Positions 1 through 13,349 are shown, counted from the stretch's first letter. The stretch is DNA of 64,000 nucleotides from Haliotis cracherodii (GCF_022045235.1 NW_027266280.1:5208001-5272000), one strand, 5' to 3'. Notes: generated by a model from the sequence alone, not told the origin. A program made the numbers and translations.

Positions 1-1507
1 ATTTTTTTTAAAAGACAAAAGAATGCTCTTACCGTTCCAGAGGGTATTGGGCATCGACCGATGCCAGCCCGATGACTCGCTTATACTGGCAAGGGTTCTG
101 AAAATAAGTACATCATCATAATCTCATAAACGCATGACGATGACAGACTCCCGTAAAAGAAACAAATTGATTTGCTCAAGGGAACACGCCATTGACAAGA
201 GGATGGACGTTAATACTAATTATTACTGATACATTAAAGAGAACACATTACAGGTTTGTATAAAATATGCGAAGGCGTGGGTGAATAGCGTTCTAACGAC
301 AATGACAACCAAGGCAATGGTGTGGATAAAGTGTTTCTCTATTTCCCATGTTAAATCAAGTATCCACAAACTGCTGTAATACGTACACATTGCGATTAAC
401 GTTGATGTGTGATGATTGTGAAAGTTCCACATTTTTATATGGTTGTTAATAAGCAGTCGATTACTTCACACTTATAAAACAATTCATTCATCTCTTGTGG
501 CAGACCGTCATTGTTCATTTCCACACATAACCAATGTCTTGTGAAATTGCAGAATGTACCGAATATTAAATAGATTAAATATTCTCGTTAAAAAAAAACG
601 TTGCATAAAAAACACAGTACAAAACGTCATGCAATTGCATATCAATTCACTTTAAACACTTCAAAATAAAACCTAAGTTCACTGTTGAAATATGACGCGG
701 TAAATAAGTTTATCTTCAACGGTTCATGTGAAAAGTTTCAGATGTTGATCAAACACGCGATTGATGAAGCGTATGTATTTTCGAAGCATGTGTTGTCAAG
801 CACTCAGCAATTTTCCAGCTATACGGGTGTCTGTATAAAAATGTCAATAATCGGATTTGGACCAGACAACCCAGTGGTTGATATTGAAAGCAACACTATA
901 TGACATCGGTTTTCGATTTCACGTAGTCCTGCAAGTCACCGAGCCTGACCGCCAGAACCATTTTGTTGCCTCTTTGGTTACCGGGGACCAATTCTTACTG
1001 GAATTCCGCCAAGCACACAAACAGCATACAAAAATGTAGAGGCGATGAACTCAAGAACCTATACCCAAGGAACATTTTGAATTAGCAAACGCATCGAGTC
1101 ATGGAATATAACACCTGCAAATCTGAAAAATACTATTATACTAGATATGACGTCATGTTACAATGGATGACGTCATAAGCTTGCATGATATTGAACCCTA
1201 CGTATTAAATTGGCACAACGAAAACCACTTAAGTTGTTCAGATACATATTTATCAAATGTAATATATTTATTCAGTCTCCCTTGCGCCAAACCGAATTGC
1301 ACGCTTTTTGTTTGATTGAGAAACGTATCTGCTCATAAAATTGTCGAAAGTTTTTCGGGATTCAATACAAGCTCACAAAATTCACACAGATGAGATCAAT
1401 GAAGAAGTCCATTATTTCACATATTGTCATGAACCTCTGAATGTGGATGTGTAAAAATATCTATGGCGACCGCGTTTCGTTACAAATGCTCCATGGATTG
1501 AGGGATG

Positions 1508-1732
1508 TTCAGCAATATTCCAGTTATGTGACGGCGTTCTATACATAATCGAGTCTGGACCAGACAATCAAGTGATTGACGTTATGAGCATATTGGGATA
1601 CAATGACATGCATCAACCAAGTCAGCGAGCCTGACCACCTGATCCCGTTAGTCGCCTTTTACGACAAGCATAGTCGCCTTTTACGGCAAGCATTGGTTGC
1701 TGAAGACCAATTCTACCCCGGACCTTCACGAG
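1508..1732 (-). mobile_element. Family A SINE-like element
   Basis: Near-complete match to the ~270-bp family A consensus. Confidence 0.85.
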
Positions 1733-1744
1733 TTGGATTAAGGA

Positions 1745-3000
1745 ATTAAGTTTGTCGTGTGAGATGCTGATGTACAAAGTTGAAAAATCAAATGTTTTGA
1801 AGAATTAAACTATAATTTCTTTTTCGAGACTGCAAAACTTCAAAGCAAATCCTTTGGAGGTTTTTGGAATCTACATTTGATTAATTTCACTCACTTTCCG
1901 TGTAATGACAATTCTTTCTTGATTGTATACACGAGTATGGTTAATCTTTGAAACAGGGATTTGATGGTAGATATCCTGGACTCAGCAGCATATCTCTCTT
2001 TGTTCTGATTATATATAGCTTTTGATTCCAGTAGAAAAGAGGAAAGGTTTTAGAGTCAAGTCAAAACTAAATAGTACATATGCATGGCTTGGACAGATTT
2101 TCTTTCTCAGTTAACACAAACTGGCGTTATTTGATACGTCAAGTTCGTTGATCAAACAATTAACGTAGTGAGGCTTGCATATAATGGTTATGTCAATTAA
2201 GGCCTTGCCAGTGGGAACAACTACAAACTTTTCATGTAGGACAGCCACACTTTGGATGTCAGCTGGCTGGAATCTTATTTGATCCAATTCTGTTTCGTCT
2301 TTGTCATCACGCACTGTCTTAACTCATCCGGGGTAGAACAGGTATTCAGCAACCCATGCTTGTCCCCCGTGAAGGTCCGGGGTAGAATAGGTATTCAGCA
2401 ACCCATGCTTGTCGTAAAAGGCGACTATGCTTGTCGTAAGAGGCGACTAACGGGATCAGGTGGTCAGGCTCGCTGACTTGGTTGATACATATCATCACGT
2501 CCCCATTGTGTGGATCGATGCTCATGTTATGAATCACTGGATTGTCTGGTCCAGAGTCGATTTTTAACAGACCGTCGTCATATACATTGTAGCTGGAATA
2601 TTGCTGAGTGTTGCATTAAACAACAAACGAACAAACAAACAAAACTCACAAGACAGGTTCCTCTTCTGGACAATGTTGTGGCAAACAAACAACATTTAAA
2701 GCATCAATGCCCTTGCAAATTTCATGTTCCTTGGGCGGTGTGATTACTTGCAAATACACAGAGTAAAGTCTTGTTCTTATGTTATGCAGTCCCAATCTTT
2801 CATTTGAATAGTATCATTTTGCCTTTGTCCTTTTTTGATCGTCAAGGTCTTTGGAATGCGGGAAACATCGTTGGTTAGAAAGACAGACAACGTAGTTGTT
2901 TGAATAACTATATCCATATGACCTTGCTGAATAGTCGAATCCAGTGATTTCCCCCGGAAGTCCTATAAGGTCGACTGTATTCAAGGTTATTAGATGATTG
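1745..3000 (-). pseudogene. Degraded Penelope-like retroelement reverse transcriptase, interrupted by a family A SINE
   Basis: Minus-strand translation gives VLHEKFVVVPTGKALIDITIICKPHYVNCLINELDV, then FPLFYWNQKLY, KERYAAESRISTIKSL, EINQM*IPK and KTFDFSTLYISISHDKL. These are colinear with recalled PLE RT motifs (VVPADKASNNI, LYWIPKLH, GVNQMWILKNS, KTFDFSTLYTTIPH). Stops and frameshifts present. Confidence 0.75.
2364..2644 (+). mobile_element. Family A SINE-like element (non-tRNA head, (CAAA)n tail); part of the head duplicated at 2328-2363
   Basis: Starts CCCGTGAAGGTCCGGGGTAGAATAGG and ends GGAATATTGCTGAGTG..TTAAACAACAAAC. About 20 copies in the window, including 780-1000, 5938-6143, 9404-9590, 18062-18208, 23200-23410, 25278-25480, 35018-35125 and 39861-40066. 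Confidence 0.85.
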
Positions 3001-3288
3001 ACATATTTTCCCTAATATTATAATTTGCAAAGGATGCAAAATATCATGCATTGGATGGAGTCATCTTCAAAACTGAAATGTTATTGGGCACAATTGGAAA
3101 CATATCTGTTCAAGGCGGTTCAGGATGAGGATGTCGCTGATTACCTTTACTATATCGAACAAACACTTACGTTTTTATGCAAATTGTGTGAGTGGCGCTA
3201 TTTTGTCTTCTACGCCCAGTGGATTCTGGTTCGGCGGATACTCGAAACTGGCTTTTCTCGGGCGTTGACTTTCAAATTTGCCTGCCCT

Positions 3289-3563
3289 TTGGGTTGGGTT
3301 GGGTTGGTTTGTTGTTTAACGCCGCACTCAGCAATATTCCAGCTATATAACGGCCGTCTGTAAAATAATCGAAGCTGGACCAGACAATCCAGTGATTGAC
3401 ATCATGACAATCGATCCACGCAATTGGGATCGATGACATGTGTCAACCAAGTCAGCGCGCCTGACCACACGATCCCGTTAGTCGCCTCTTATGACAAGCA
3501 TAGTCGCCTTTTACGGCAAGCATGGGTTGCTGAAGACCTTTTCTAACCCGGATCTCCACGGGT
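3289..3563 (-). mobile_element. Family A SINE-like element with target-site duplication
   Basis: Full length; GCCTGCCC duplicated at 3280-3287 and 3565-3572. Confidence 0.9.
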
Positions 3564-3573
3564 AGCCTGCCCA

Positions 3574-3914
3574 TTGATACTATTGGACATGAACCATTGG
3601 TAGGATGCGTATTGATACTGTTGGACATGAACCATTGGTAGGATGCGTATTGATACTATTGGACATGAACCATTGGTAGGATGCGTATTGATACTATTGG
3701 ACATGATCCATTGGTAGGATGCGTATTGATACTATTGGACATGATCCATTGGTAGGATGCGTATTGATACTATGGGACATGAACCATTGGTAGGATGCGT
3801 ATTGATACTATTGGACATGAACCATTGGTAGGATGCGTATTGATACTATTGGACATGAACCATTGGTAGGATGCGTATTGATACTGTTGGACATGAACCA
3901 TTGGTAGGATGCGT
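3574..3914. repeat. 38-bp minisatellite, about 9 copies
   Basis: Unit TTGATACTATTGGACATGAACCATTGGTAGGATGCGTA. Confidence 0.95.
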
Positions 3915-5332
3915 GACATTATATGCGAAATGATGCACGTCTCTAAAGTTCAAAATCAGCAGCATATTTGTTATTTACATTATGACAATAAAATGAATAC
4001 AATAATAAATACATCGTTAGTACCCACTCTCATGTGCAAGGGATAGAAAAATAGTTGTTCTCAAATTCGATATAAACGGTTTCCACCTTTTAGATACCCT
4101 GTAGCAGAGGCATGTTTAAGATAGATATACGTATGTTAGTACACAGAGAAACAACCTACGTGAATGCCAACATCTCTATCGTTCATGTTCTGAAAAATAG
4201 AAAATACCAAGAAACACAATCTACCATAATGAATATATAAAGTCATGCACACACATTTTTTAATGAGTTCATACACCGTCTATATACATTGTACACATGG
4301 CAAGATGATGTATTTTATTGCATTTTGTAACAGACATTGTCTCAGTTCTGTAATCAGACAAGAATATAAACATTCTAAGACGTGTGTGTGCTCCATATGG
4401 ACAAGCCAGATTTTGAATAATAATTTTCGAATAATAAAATAAAACGAACGAGTTCCTCTCGCAATAATAGTGTACTAACCAATAGAATATTTCCACCCAG
4501 GCTACAACAATTATTCATTTATGATATGCGCTAATGGCCTCTTCATTCCTTTCATTGTAGGATGACTTTCATTTAGTTTTACTCATGCTTCCGTATTCCG
4601 TGGACATTTATCATGACAGATGATCGACTTGTGTATTTAGCCACAGCACCAAATATATACAAGGCGCCATGTTTCACACTGTATATGTCTACAGTTGTCA
4701 GGGGACTCACAAAACAGGCATTAATTGTCAATCGATGTTTGAATACTGGATAACGTGGCAACAAGGGTAGAGTTCAGAAGGAACGTTTAATGTGACTGGC
4801 GTCGTAAGAAGAAGTTTTATTACGATTATTTTAAGTTTGAAATACCTATTTATACACTGCTTTAGGTAATGTGTTGTGTAGTGAAAATGACAGTTGGCGT
4901 AGTCGTGACGCGCAGTTAATTAGATACATCTCTTGTGACGGGAGAATGCTTAACAACGACTGGTTGTTTAATATAGAAAAATAACTGTAGCTTCATATTA
5001 TATTTTCGATGACATCATTTGACATGGGACCTTTATCTGCACGCCTTTGTTAAAACTGTTTTCCTCCTCTGAGATACTAGTACATATTTCGCTCATTCAG
5101 ATACCATAAACTTGTTAAGTAGTTTCATAAATTCGGTATTAAACGGGAGCTCGTTTAGTATTATATTCATACATTCTCTGACTTTGTTTTAAAGCATATT
5201 CACTATCGTGTGTGGATAGGCAGACATATAAGCGACCCACCGCATAATCCAATTGAGTTTAACAGGATCATTCTTCAATTAGTCAAAGTTGACACGTATT
5301 AATTTAATACAAATACAACGGCCCACCATTAT

Positions 5333-5650
5333 AGGTGAGGTGAAATGGGGTTTAACGTCGCGTCCAAGATTATTGCACTTATATGTTATATCGTGTGTGG
5401 CTGCTTGTACTAGTCCGGACAGATGCCGATTTATAGTGCAAGCTCACTGAGATACCATGCCGCAGTTTAACATGTATACCCCACTCAGACACAGTATACT
5501 GACTTCGAGCCGACCAGTCCTTGTTTTATCCCGACAGGGTAGCAACAAGTTCCATCTTTTAACGTCTTTTGGTATGACGCGGCCGGTTATCGAACCCCGG
5601 ACCTTCCGCTCTCCGGGCGGACGCTCTACCACTAGACCACGGAGGCGGTC
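5333..5650 (-). mobile_element. Family D tRNA-derived SINE (central part resembles the Meta/MESC domain, from recall)
   Basis: Head GACCGCCTCCGTGGTCTAGTGGTAGAGCG..GGTTCGAT has A/B boxes; body GTCATACCAAAAGACGTTAAAAGATGG; tail GACGTTAAACCCCATTTCACCTCACC. Other copies at 32620-32878, 33554-33893, 34150-34334 and 44370-44686. Confidence 0.85.
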
Positions 5651-6545
5651 CCCCCCTTTAGAGTTCGGGGGTCCTTCCATATAGGTTTTCGTAACTCATA
5701 CTTTAACATAGACTTCCTATACGACAGTCGTTGCTCTACGATCACCTTGTGGAACGGGGCCCTACACTTCAAAGTTTACCATCACGTCACAATACCTTAT
5801 GACGCAATTTAGCAATATTTCAGCATCATCACGGATGATGGACACCAGAAATGGGGTTAACAGTTAACCGTGCAAACGGCTCCTTCTGATTGCTAATTGA
5901 TACTAGCATGTACAGCAATGTTAGGATAAACGTGGTCAGGTTGGTTGGTTGGTTGGTTTGTTGTTTAACGCCGCACTCAACAATATTCCAGCTATATGAT
6001 GCAGGTCAGACAATCCAGCCATTGACATCATCAGCTTCGATTCACGCAATTTGGATCGATGACATGCATCAACCAAGTCAGCGAGCCTGACCACCCGATG
6101 CCGTTAGTCGCCTCTCACGACAAACATAGTCGCCTTTTACGGCTAGAGAATGTATGAGTCGGAATAGTGTGTGCATACGTAAATTCACATCACAGAGAAA
6201 AGATGCAATTATAATTATATTTTGTTTATATTTGACAGCTGCTTTAATAAAATAATTTTGCTTTCATTTCGCCTTTCCTAGTATGCAAAAAACACAACTC
6301 TCTGTTAATTGCAATATATTAGAGTTTTTATATCTATCTAGTTAAACAGTTGTTTCCATATATCTTGTGTCTTTTTGCTTTCCTGAAAGAAATAAGTGAA
6401 GCTTTCAATCTCCGAGTTACAGAAAGAACACAAATCATTGTCTGCATATTCCATCCTAAGAAGCAATGATTTATTTGGCAGGATTCTTCATTTTAAATCC
6501 CCTTCCCAGTTTGTTTTATTGGGGTACTTTTTAGTGTTTAGTTAA

Positions 6546-6704
6546 CACTAAACTACGGTTATAACGAACTCAAAGGGACCACTTATTTTAGTTCGTTATA
6601 ACCGTAGTTCATTATAAGCATATATGCAGCATATATACAACAAAATAAGTTTGTTAAATCCATCAGTTCTTTATAAGCATTTTCGTTATAAACGCAGCTT
6701 ACTG
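6546..6704. mobile_element. MITE, Tc1/pogo-like termini
   Basis: Imperfect TIRs CA(G/C)TAAACTACG..; homologous to the copy at 40259-40432. Confidence 0.65.
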
Positions 6705-7450
6705 TACTTTGTAATACATTAGTTTACTGAATATCATACACAAATGTTTTTCCGTTTCCAATTATTTCCTGCAATTTCCTTGAAAGAGAGATGTTTCTAG
6801 TTTATGTTTTATTACTATATGCAGGTTTTGCAATGCTGTTTTATTGCACTTAGGACAATCTTCTACGCAAGAACATTTGTTTTACTAAGGTCTGAGAGTT
6901 TTAACCCTGATCAGTATTGAGTCAATGGAGGATCAAGAAAGTGCAAACAAACTTTATGTAAAGTTTAAATTGATGCATTATTACAGGGGTGGCTAACCAA
7001 TCCCAAACGCCGATTTCCGGTGTGTAGTATTTAATGATGGCGGCGTCCTGTATCTTTGTCATGTTAATCAAAATAGACCAAATATACTTACTTGTGTTTA
7101 TAAGTCAATCATGACTTTCATCGATGCCAGGTACAAAAAAGGGTTAATGACCCATAACTCGTTCCTTTATGTACATGGATGCGATAAATTGGTTTACGAA
7201 GTGCAAATTAATGTTCCATTTGGTAGTTCTCAGGTCATATTCCTGTCAGTCATGGTAAACAGCGCACTGCATCACCTATCAGGAAGCTGGGAGTGGCATT
7301 TATCTTTCCTGCAGCTATGATAGATTAGGTTCACCAGGTCCACTTATTGGATGACATACCAGTATGCATGTCAATGTTTTCCAGGTGGGTTTCAGGGACA
7401 TTGGTTTTAAGATGGTTTAACATTGGTTTTAACGCTACTTTATTCAGTCT

Positions 7451-7490
7451 TGCTTGACAAAGGTATAAGGATCTATACCGAAACGTCGCC
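7451..7490 (+). ncRNA. Minimal type I hammerhead ribozyme motif (U3:A8 core variant), Penelope-associated
   Basis: GC-TTGACAA-A-GGTATA(AGGATC)TATACC-GAAA-CG-TC-GC; only a 2-bp helix I is visible. A second copy at 7621-7658. The same sequence lies just 3' of a PLE endonuclease fragment at 24109-24146. Confidence 0.6.
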
Positions 7491-7702
7491 TTTACAGTAA
7501 TTCTAGAATATGTTATCCATAAATTGTTTATATGGTAATACATCACATTTTAGTATGTGATATCAGAGGTGTTTCGCAGGATTCTTCATACGATTTTAAA
7601 TCCTCTTCCCAGTTTGTCTTGCTTGACAACGGTATAAGGATCTTTACCGAAACGTCGCCTTCACAGTAATTCTAGAAGATGTTATCCATAAATTGTTTAT
7701 AT

Positions 7703-7856
7703 ATAGAATACTAAACGAGCTCCCGTGTAATACCAATTTTATGAACGAGTGAATAGTTGTGGTATCTGACGAGCAAAAGCGAGTCAGATACCACAACTAT
7801 TCACGAGTTTCATAAAATTGTTTTTACACGGTAGCGAGTTTAGTATTTTATTTATT
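7703..7856. mobile_element. Foldback (long palindromic) non-autonomous element
   Basis: Arms such as GTGAATAGTTGTGGTATCTGAC / GTCAGATACCACAACTATTCAC around a CGAGCAAAAGCGAG centre. The right arm and its flank (to about 8185) have a diverged copy at about 5085-5810. Confidence 0.7.
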
Positions 7857-8792
7857 ACTTGCCATTTAAAACGTTTTTTAGAATTATACTGTCGAGTGTG
7901 AATAGGCTGACACCTACACGATCCACGGCATAATACAATTGAGTTTAACAGAATAATACTTCAAACACGTCAAAAGTTGAAACGTATGAATTTAATACCA
8001 TACAACGATCTACCATTAGAATTCAGGCGTCCGTTCCACAAAATTATCGTAGCGTTAAGGTTATCGCAACTCACATACTTAAACTTAGACCAACGACTGT
8101 CGTTGTGCTACAGCACGATCGCCTTGTGGAACGGGGCCTTGCACCCCAAAGTTTACAATCACGTCACAATACCCGATGACGTAATTTGTGGAATTTTGTT
8201 GCAAGATCCTTCGGCGAAACAATGCCATGTGACGTCAGCCTAGCAACAAGGTTGCTGGGGTCATCGTGTGTGCTTAAGCTCCTCTCAGTGATCTATCATC
8301 TCCACACGCGATGTCGTTGAATAAGCCAAGGGATGTTGAGAGCTTTCAATATTTTTCGTGAAACGTGTTCCGAGAGTACATAAGCACGCGTTTTGGTATT
8401 ACACAATGTGTTATACAGCTGTATGTCTATTAAACGGGTGATCTCTTCACGGGCAAGTAATAAATGGTAATACATCACATTTTAGTATGTGATATCAGAG
8501 GTGTAAAGTGTCGCCAGTGAATATAGGAGTACTATCATTTTAAATAAATCACACATTTATTTGGAAACGTATGCGAAATGTATATCATTCCATTGTTTGT
8601 TTTCTCTTTTGTTTGCATATGGCACTACCTGCATGTGTCATGTGACCACTACATTGTTCAAGTTAATTAAACTACCGGCAAGAGAGTGACTGAGTTGGAT
8701 TTTACGCCGCTTTTAGCAATATTCCGGCAGTATCAGGACGGGGGCACCATGAATGGTCTTCACACAATGAACACATGTGGGGAATCCAACTC

Positions 8793-9050
8793 GACCCGTG
8801 AAGATCCGGTAGAATAGGTCTTCACAAATCCAGGTTTGCCGTTAAAGGCGACTATGCTTGTGGTAAAAGGCGACTAACGGGATCGGGAGGTCAGACTCGC
8901 TGACTTGGTTGATGCATGTCATGGTATACCAATTGCAGGGTTATCATGATGTCAATTGGATTGGCTGGTCCAGACTCGTATAATTTACAGACAGCCGTCA
9001 TATAGCTCGAAAATTGCTGAGTGCGGCGTTAAACAAAAAACAAACAAATA
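8793..9050 (+). mobile_element. Family A element nested inside a minus-strand family B SINE (about 8685-9080)
   Basis: Family B body lies to the left; its head remnant (CCACGAGGCTACCCCACCGC) resumes after the family A tail. Confidence 0.75.
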
Positions 9051-10757
9051 AACTCTTCTACCACGAGGCTACCCCACCGCAAACAAGAAATGTTATTCGA
9101 TTGTGATGTTTTCGATGTGGGTATCATAGTTGTGTTTTGCACCTTAAGTTTGCAATGTTTCGGCGACAGTTTTCAGCCGAGTAACGTTGCGAAAACGTTT
9201 GTAATATCTTGGTCGAATCCTTTTTTATATGTATACGTGATTAGTCCTGCTAAGGTTTACCTGAGATGGCTTAGACACAGAGAGACGTCCAGGGTTTGTT
9301 TGTCTTTATTTGATCTATGATTTAAAATACAAGGGTGTGACTGCATTTTGAGGTCATTAAAAATAATACAAAAGGGTAATCTTCATCGTAAATACTCAAT
9401 TTGTGTTTGTTTTTTGTTTAACTACGCACCCAGCAATATTCCAGTATATGACGGCGGTCTGTAAATAATCGAGTCTGGACAAGACAATCCAGTGATTGGA
9501 CAAGACGATCCACGCAATTTCGGATCGATGACATGCATCAACCAAGTCAGCGAGCCTGACCACCCGATTCCGTTAGTCGCCTCTTGTGACACCCGTGCTC
9601 CCGAATGGTTTTGAGTTGTAATAGCAGAGACATGCTTTGGAAAGTGAAAGATGTATGTGATGAGTGAGTGAGTGAATGAAAAGTAATTCAACTCATTTTT
9701 AAATAAAAACGACAAAACCCTTTCTTAAAATCACAAGTAATCTATACCCAAATCAGATTCTACTGCACTATTCTGATTGTATTTTGGGCATGTGGTTATG
9801 AATCACTATTGATTTGTGGTGATTTTGGTGTTCGCGAAATATTGAGCGGAATCTGATCCACTGGTGGAACCAGTCACAAACACATGCGAAGGCAAGCCAA
9901 GAAACATATCCTTTTTCATTCACATGTAATACAATATCGATATCAATATTTAGCAGGGCTATCAATGCATATGGTCAAACATTGCAATGCCACCACTTCT
10001 GTTATTACAGAATCCTCTGTCGTAACAGTTCTGAAATCTTATAAAATAAAAAACAGAGACACAATTTCATGATCAGTAAATATTTCTTTCTATTTTTGCA
10101 TTATGCAGAAAGCCAAAGACTCTTTTATTCCCCGAAAGAAGCCAAAAAACACATATTATCCAGGACATTCATCTTGTCCACTGGACGAGATAACAGAAAA
10201 ATATATCACTATCTAGGGAGAAAATATTCGTTTAATCTTTGAAATTAGACAATTTAAATAAATCAACCCTGACACAATGAGTGTTATGCTTTGATGTTTG
10301 CACAGAGGTTGAGACAATGTCCTGCTGTGCATTCAGGTATTCGACAAAGCGACGCGTACGCCAAGGAAAGGTTATCTTTCTTTCATACAAGTAGGATACC
10401 CTTGACATTTCATTGGTCGTTTTGGGGATCGAGAGACCCTGTCGTCTAAGGTGCCGGAGGCTGTGAAGAGTCATGAGTCAAGCCTCGCGCTGGTTTTGAT
10501 TGTCAGCACAATACACGTGCTCTGGCGTTCAACGACAAACATCTTCATCACCTCGGACTTACGAAAAGTGTGCACACCGGGACTCACTAACTCACTCACT
10601 CACTCACAAAAGTTTAGTCGATTATGTTTTGTCTTGTCTCACTGTAATTAAGCTTTGAGTATTTACGGTCCCGTGACGATTCCGGGTTAGAATAGCAACA
10701 CATGCGTGTCATAAGAGGCGACTAACGGGATCGGGTGTTCGTAATAAATAACCAAAC

Positions 10758-11020
10758 AGTCGTCTAAGGCGCCGCGATTCGCTGTGCAGAGTTGCGTCCC
10801 TTTGGCACGCCAGGAACCTATGATTGTGGGTTCGAATCACGGTTCGCCCCGATTAGGTTTTCTAGGTTTGTCAACACCATACCACTGCTTGTTGGTATCG
10901 CCGAAGTGGTAAACGTCTGAGACCTGCATCACTTCGAGCTTTCCTCCCACATTAAGTTGACATGCCGCGATATAACTCTAATACTGTTAAAAGCGGCGTT
11001 AAACCCAACCCACTCACTCA
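10758..11020 (+). mobile_element. Family C SINE, 5'-truncated
   Basis: Matches the full copy at 23681-23953. Confidence 0.85.
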
Positions 11021-12035
11021 AAACCATTCAGAGAGACATTTTTCGAATTATTCCTCATTTGAAGACATTCGATTGAATATTACTCGCCCATAGTTAATAT
11101 ATTAGAACTATAACGCACCGTTATTCATTATATCCTTTCATACAAGAGGCACGGGTGGCCATGTTGTCTCAGGAATATAACTGGAATATTGTCCAAGATG
11201 ACTTTAAAACTCACAACCCCTTCGTCGCTCCCACCCACTCACTCACTCACTCCAGATAGCACAACGTGATGTTACAGTGCAGACGAACGATAGATAAAAA
11301 CATTTAAATGTATTCCCATACAGTTTCAGAAAAGAGTTATAGCAGGTATTTGTCCTATATTTTGATCCCACATGCCTGTTGCCAGTCGTGCTAAGTATAT
11401 GTCACTGTCAAAAAAAGTCGTGCAATGCTATATTAGTCACAATGTCACGCTCCGTTAACTCACTGTACGTCATGGGAAGATATTATCCCCTGTGGATTGT
11501 AATAAAGGTGGATTATGTGCCACCATCTGGTACCAATTTTCGGACTTTGTCTACACATTTATTTCCAAATTATTAAGAAGAAATGATTTGTGTTGTCACA
11601 GTACTTACAGTCATACAAGCATTCTGTTTGTCTTTTTGGGCGATAGAGGGACGAGCCATCTTGCAGGTTCCGGAAAGGAGCTAATTGTGACGAATGGTAT
11701 CTCTAACGTCAATTACAAGAAATAATCAGTCTTATTTGCTGGAACAGATTCCACTAGGCGTAAAAGGCAAAATTGTATGACTGGATCACTGCAAATCAGT
11801 GATGACACCAGGTGTTCGCTAAAAGGGTAGGCATGTCCTTCCAACGCTGGGGGTTTAGACCATTCCTTCAAGACCCGGGTTCATTTCACAACTGAGGTAC
11901 CGTGCGTTCATTCCAGTCTTTGTGGTTATGGTCAATACATTGCTGGGGGTACATTACATATAGAACTAGCACAGTAAAGTTCTAACTCTCAGGCACAATA
12001 TAGTAAGAATTGAATAGGTGGAGTAAGATTGAACA

Positions 12036-12097
12036 CAGTTTTAATTGGCTAGCGCTTTCAACTCGTACCACGTACGAGTCTCATCAGGCCATAACTG
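12036..12097 (-). ncRNA. Type I hammerhead ribozyme motif with intact core
   Basis: Minus strand reads CAGTTA-TGGC-CTGATGA-GACTCGTAC(GTG)GTACGAGTT-GAAA-GCGC-TA-GCCA-ATTAAAACTG: canonical core, 9-bp helix II, palindromic helix III (AGCGCT), helix I TGGC/GCCA with distal CAGTT/AACTG. Confidence 0.75.
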
Positions 12098-12434
12098 AAT
12101 AACGGACATGAAGTTGTAACATATAGTTAACGTGACGTCCTAACATTTAGGAGAACTATGACGTCACAATACAAAGGTGACAATGGACAAATAACTTACG
12201 CCTTTACATTTAACTCAAGCGCGTATTTATGAATGAAATGATGCTCTTTTTGAAACAATGTAGGTTCATGATAAAAATTTAGCTTTTATAGCGGGAAAAC
12301 TAAAAAGTTGCCGTTTCCACATGCTTCTAAATGTTCACTGAGTGGAATCGTGCGGTTGTGTGGCTGCTTTATTTGTGGACGGTGAAGATTCATTCTTCTT
12401 TTTAATTTAATTCCGATATACTTTTCAAATCGCA

Positions 12435-12581
12435 NNNNNNNNNNNNNNNNNNNNNNNNNNNNNNNNNNNNNNNNNNNNNNNNNNNNNNNNNNNNNNNNNN
12501 NNNNNNNNNNNNNNNNNNNNNNNNNNNNNNNNNNNNNNNNNNNNNNNNNNNNNNNNNNNNNNNNNNNNNNNNNNNNNNNNN
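12435..12581. other. Assembly gap (147 N)
   Basis: Run of N. Confidence 1.
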
Positions 12582-12583
12582 AA

Positions 12584-12712
12584 TAGCCAAGTCTCGACTA
12601 TCCGACGAAACAGATTCTAGCGATGAACATGATATGAATAGATCACTGAAAAACAGTGATGACACCAGGTGTTCGAGAAAAGGGTAAGCATGTCCTGCCC
12701 TGGTGTTGGCAC
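12584..12712 (-). repeat. Family E interspersed repeat (unclassified, possibly the 3' end of a Penelope-like family)
   Basis: Core GCTTACCCTTTTCG..CACCTGGTGTCATCACTGATTTTCAGTGATCC recurs near 11785, 29530, 29755, 31585, 34338, 46440, 52710, 55665 and 59868. Confidence 0.6.
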
Positions 12713-13349
12713 CTGGTACTCCCGGTCCCATGGTCAGGCGCAATCCAAATAACAGTAGTAGTAGTGGTGAGTGAGTGGGGAAGCTGGGTTTAACGCCGCT
12801 TTGAACAGCATTCCACTAATATCACGGCGTGTCATCTTAATGTGGGAGGAATGCCCGAAGTGTATAGGGCTCAGACGTTTGCCACTTTGGTGAAACCCAC
12901 AAGGACGGGTTTGGTGCTGGTAAACCTAGAAACATTATTTGGGAATCGAACCCACGATTTTAGGTTTCTGGTGTGGCCATTAGGTCTCCCATCCCAACGT
13001 AACAAATAGATAATACAATGATTTAACTCTCGGATTAAAACCTCTTTCCTTTGTTGAATATATCAGTTCTTTTATAGTTCGCTCTAAGCCTCAAGACATT
13101 GATATATCACTCGGAATGTATTTTTGTTGTAAAATAAATTTTATTGTATAAGTTTTCATCATTTCTTGACATATCTATATTCAGAGAGTGTCATTTGTCT
13201 CTTACATTAAAACAGCAATAATAAATGCTAAATAAGCCACACTCGCCACATCATTCATTTAAATAAAAGTGACACAAACCTTTCCATATTTATAATAATA
13301 AAGTCAATAGGCTTATGTTTGTTTATTTGCTGTTCATGTCGCACACAGT

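Noticed and set aside
3025-3363. 112-aa ORF and a minus-strand GTAAGT donor at about 3170
   Set aside because: The ORF begins at TTG, ends in a SINE and has no recognisable motif. All minus frames upstream of the donor are closed.
3574-3914. CRISPR-like appearance of the regular repeats (also 15847, 38745, 47755)
   Set aside because: Contiguous tandem units without unique spacers, no cas genes, eukaryotic context.
7764-7790. CTGACGAG as a possible hammerhead core
   Set aside because: No GAAA or helix II; it is the centre of a DNA palindrome.
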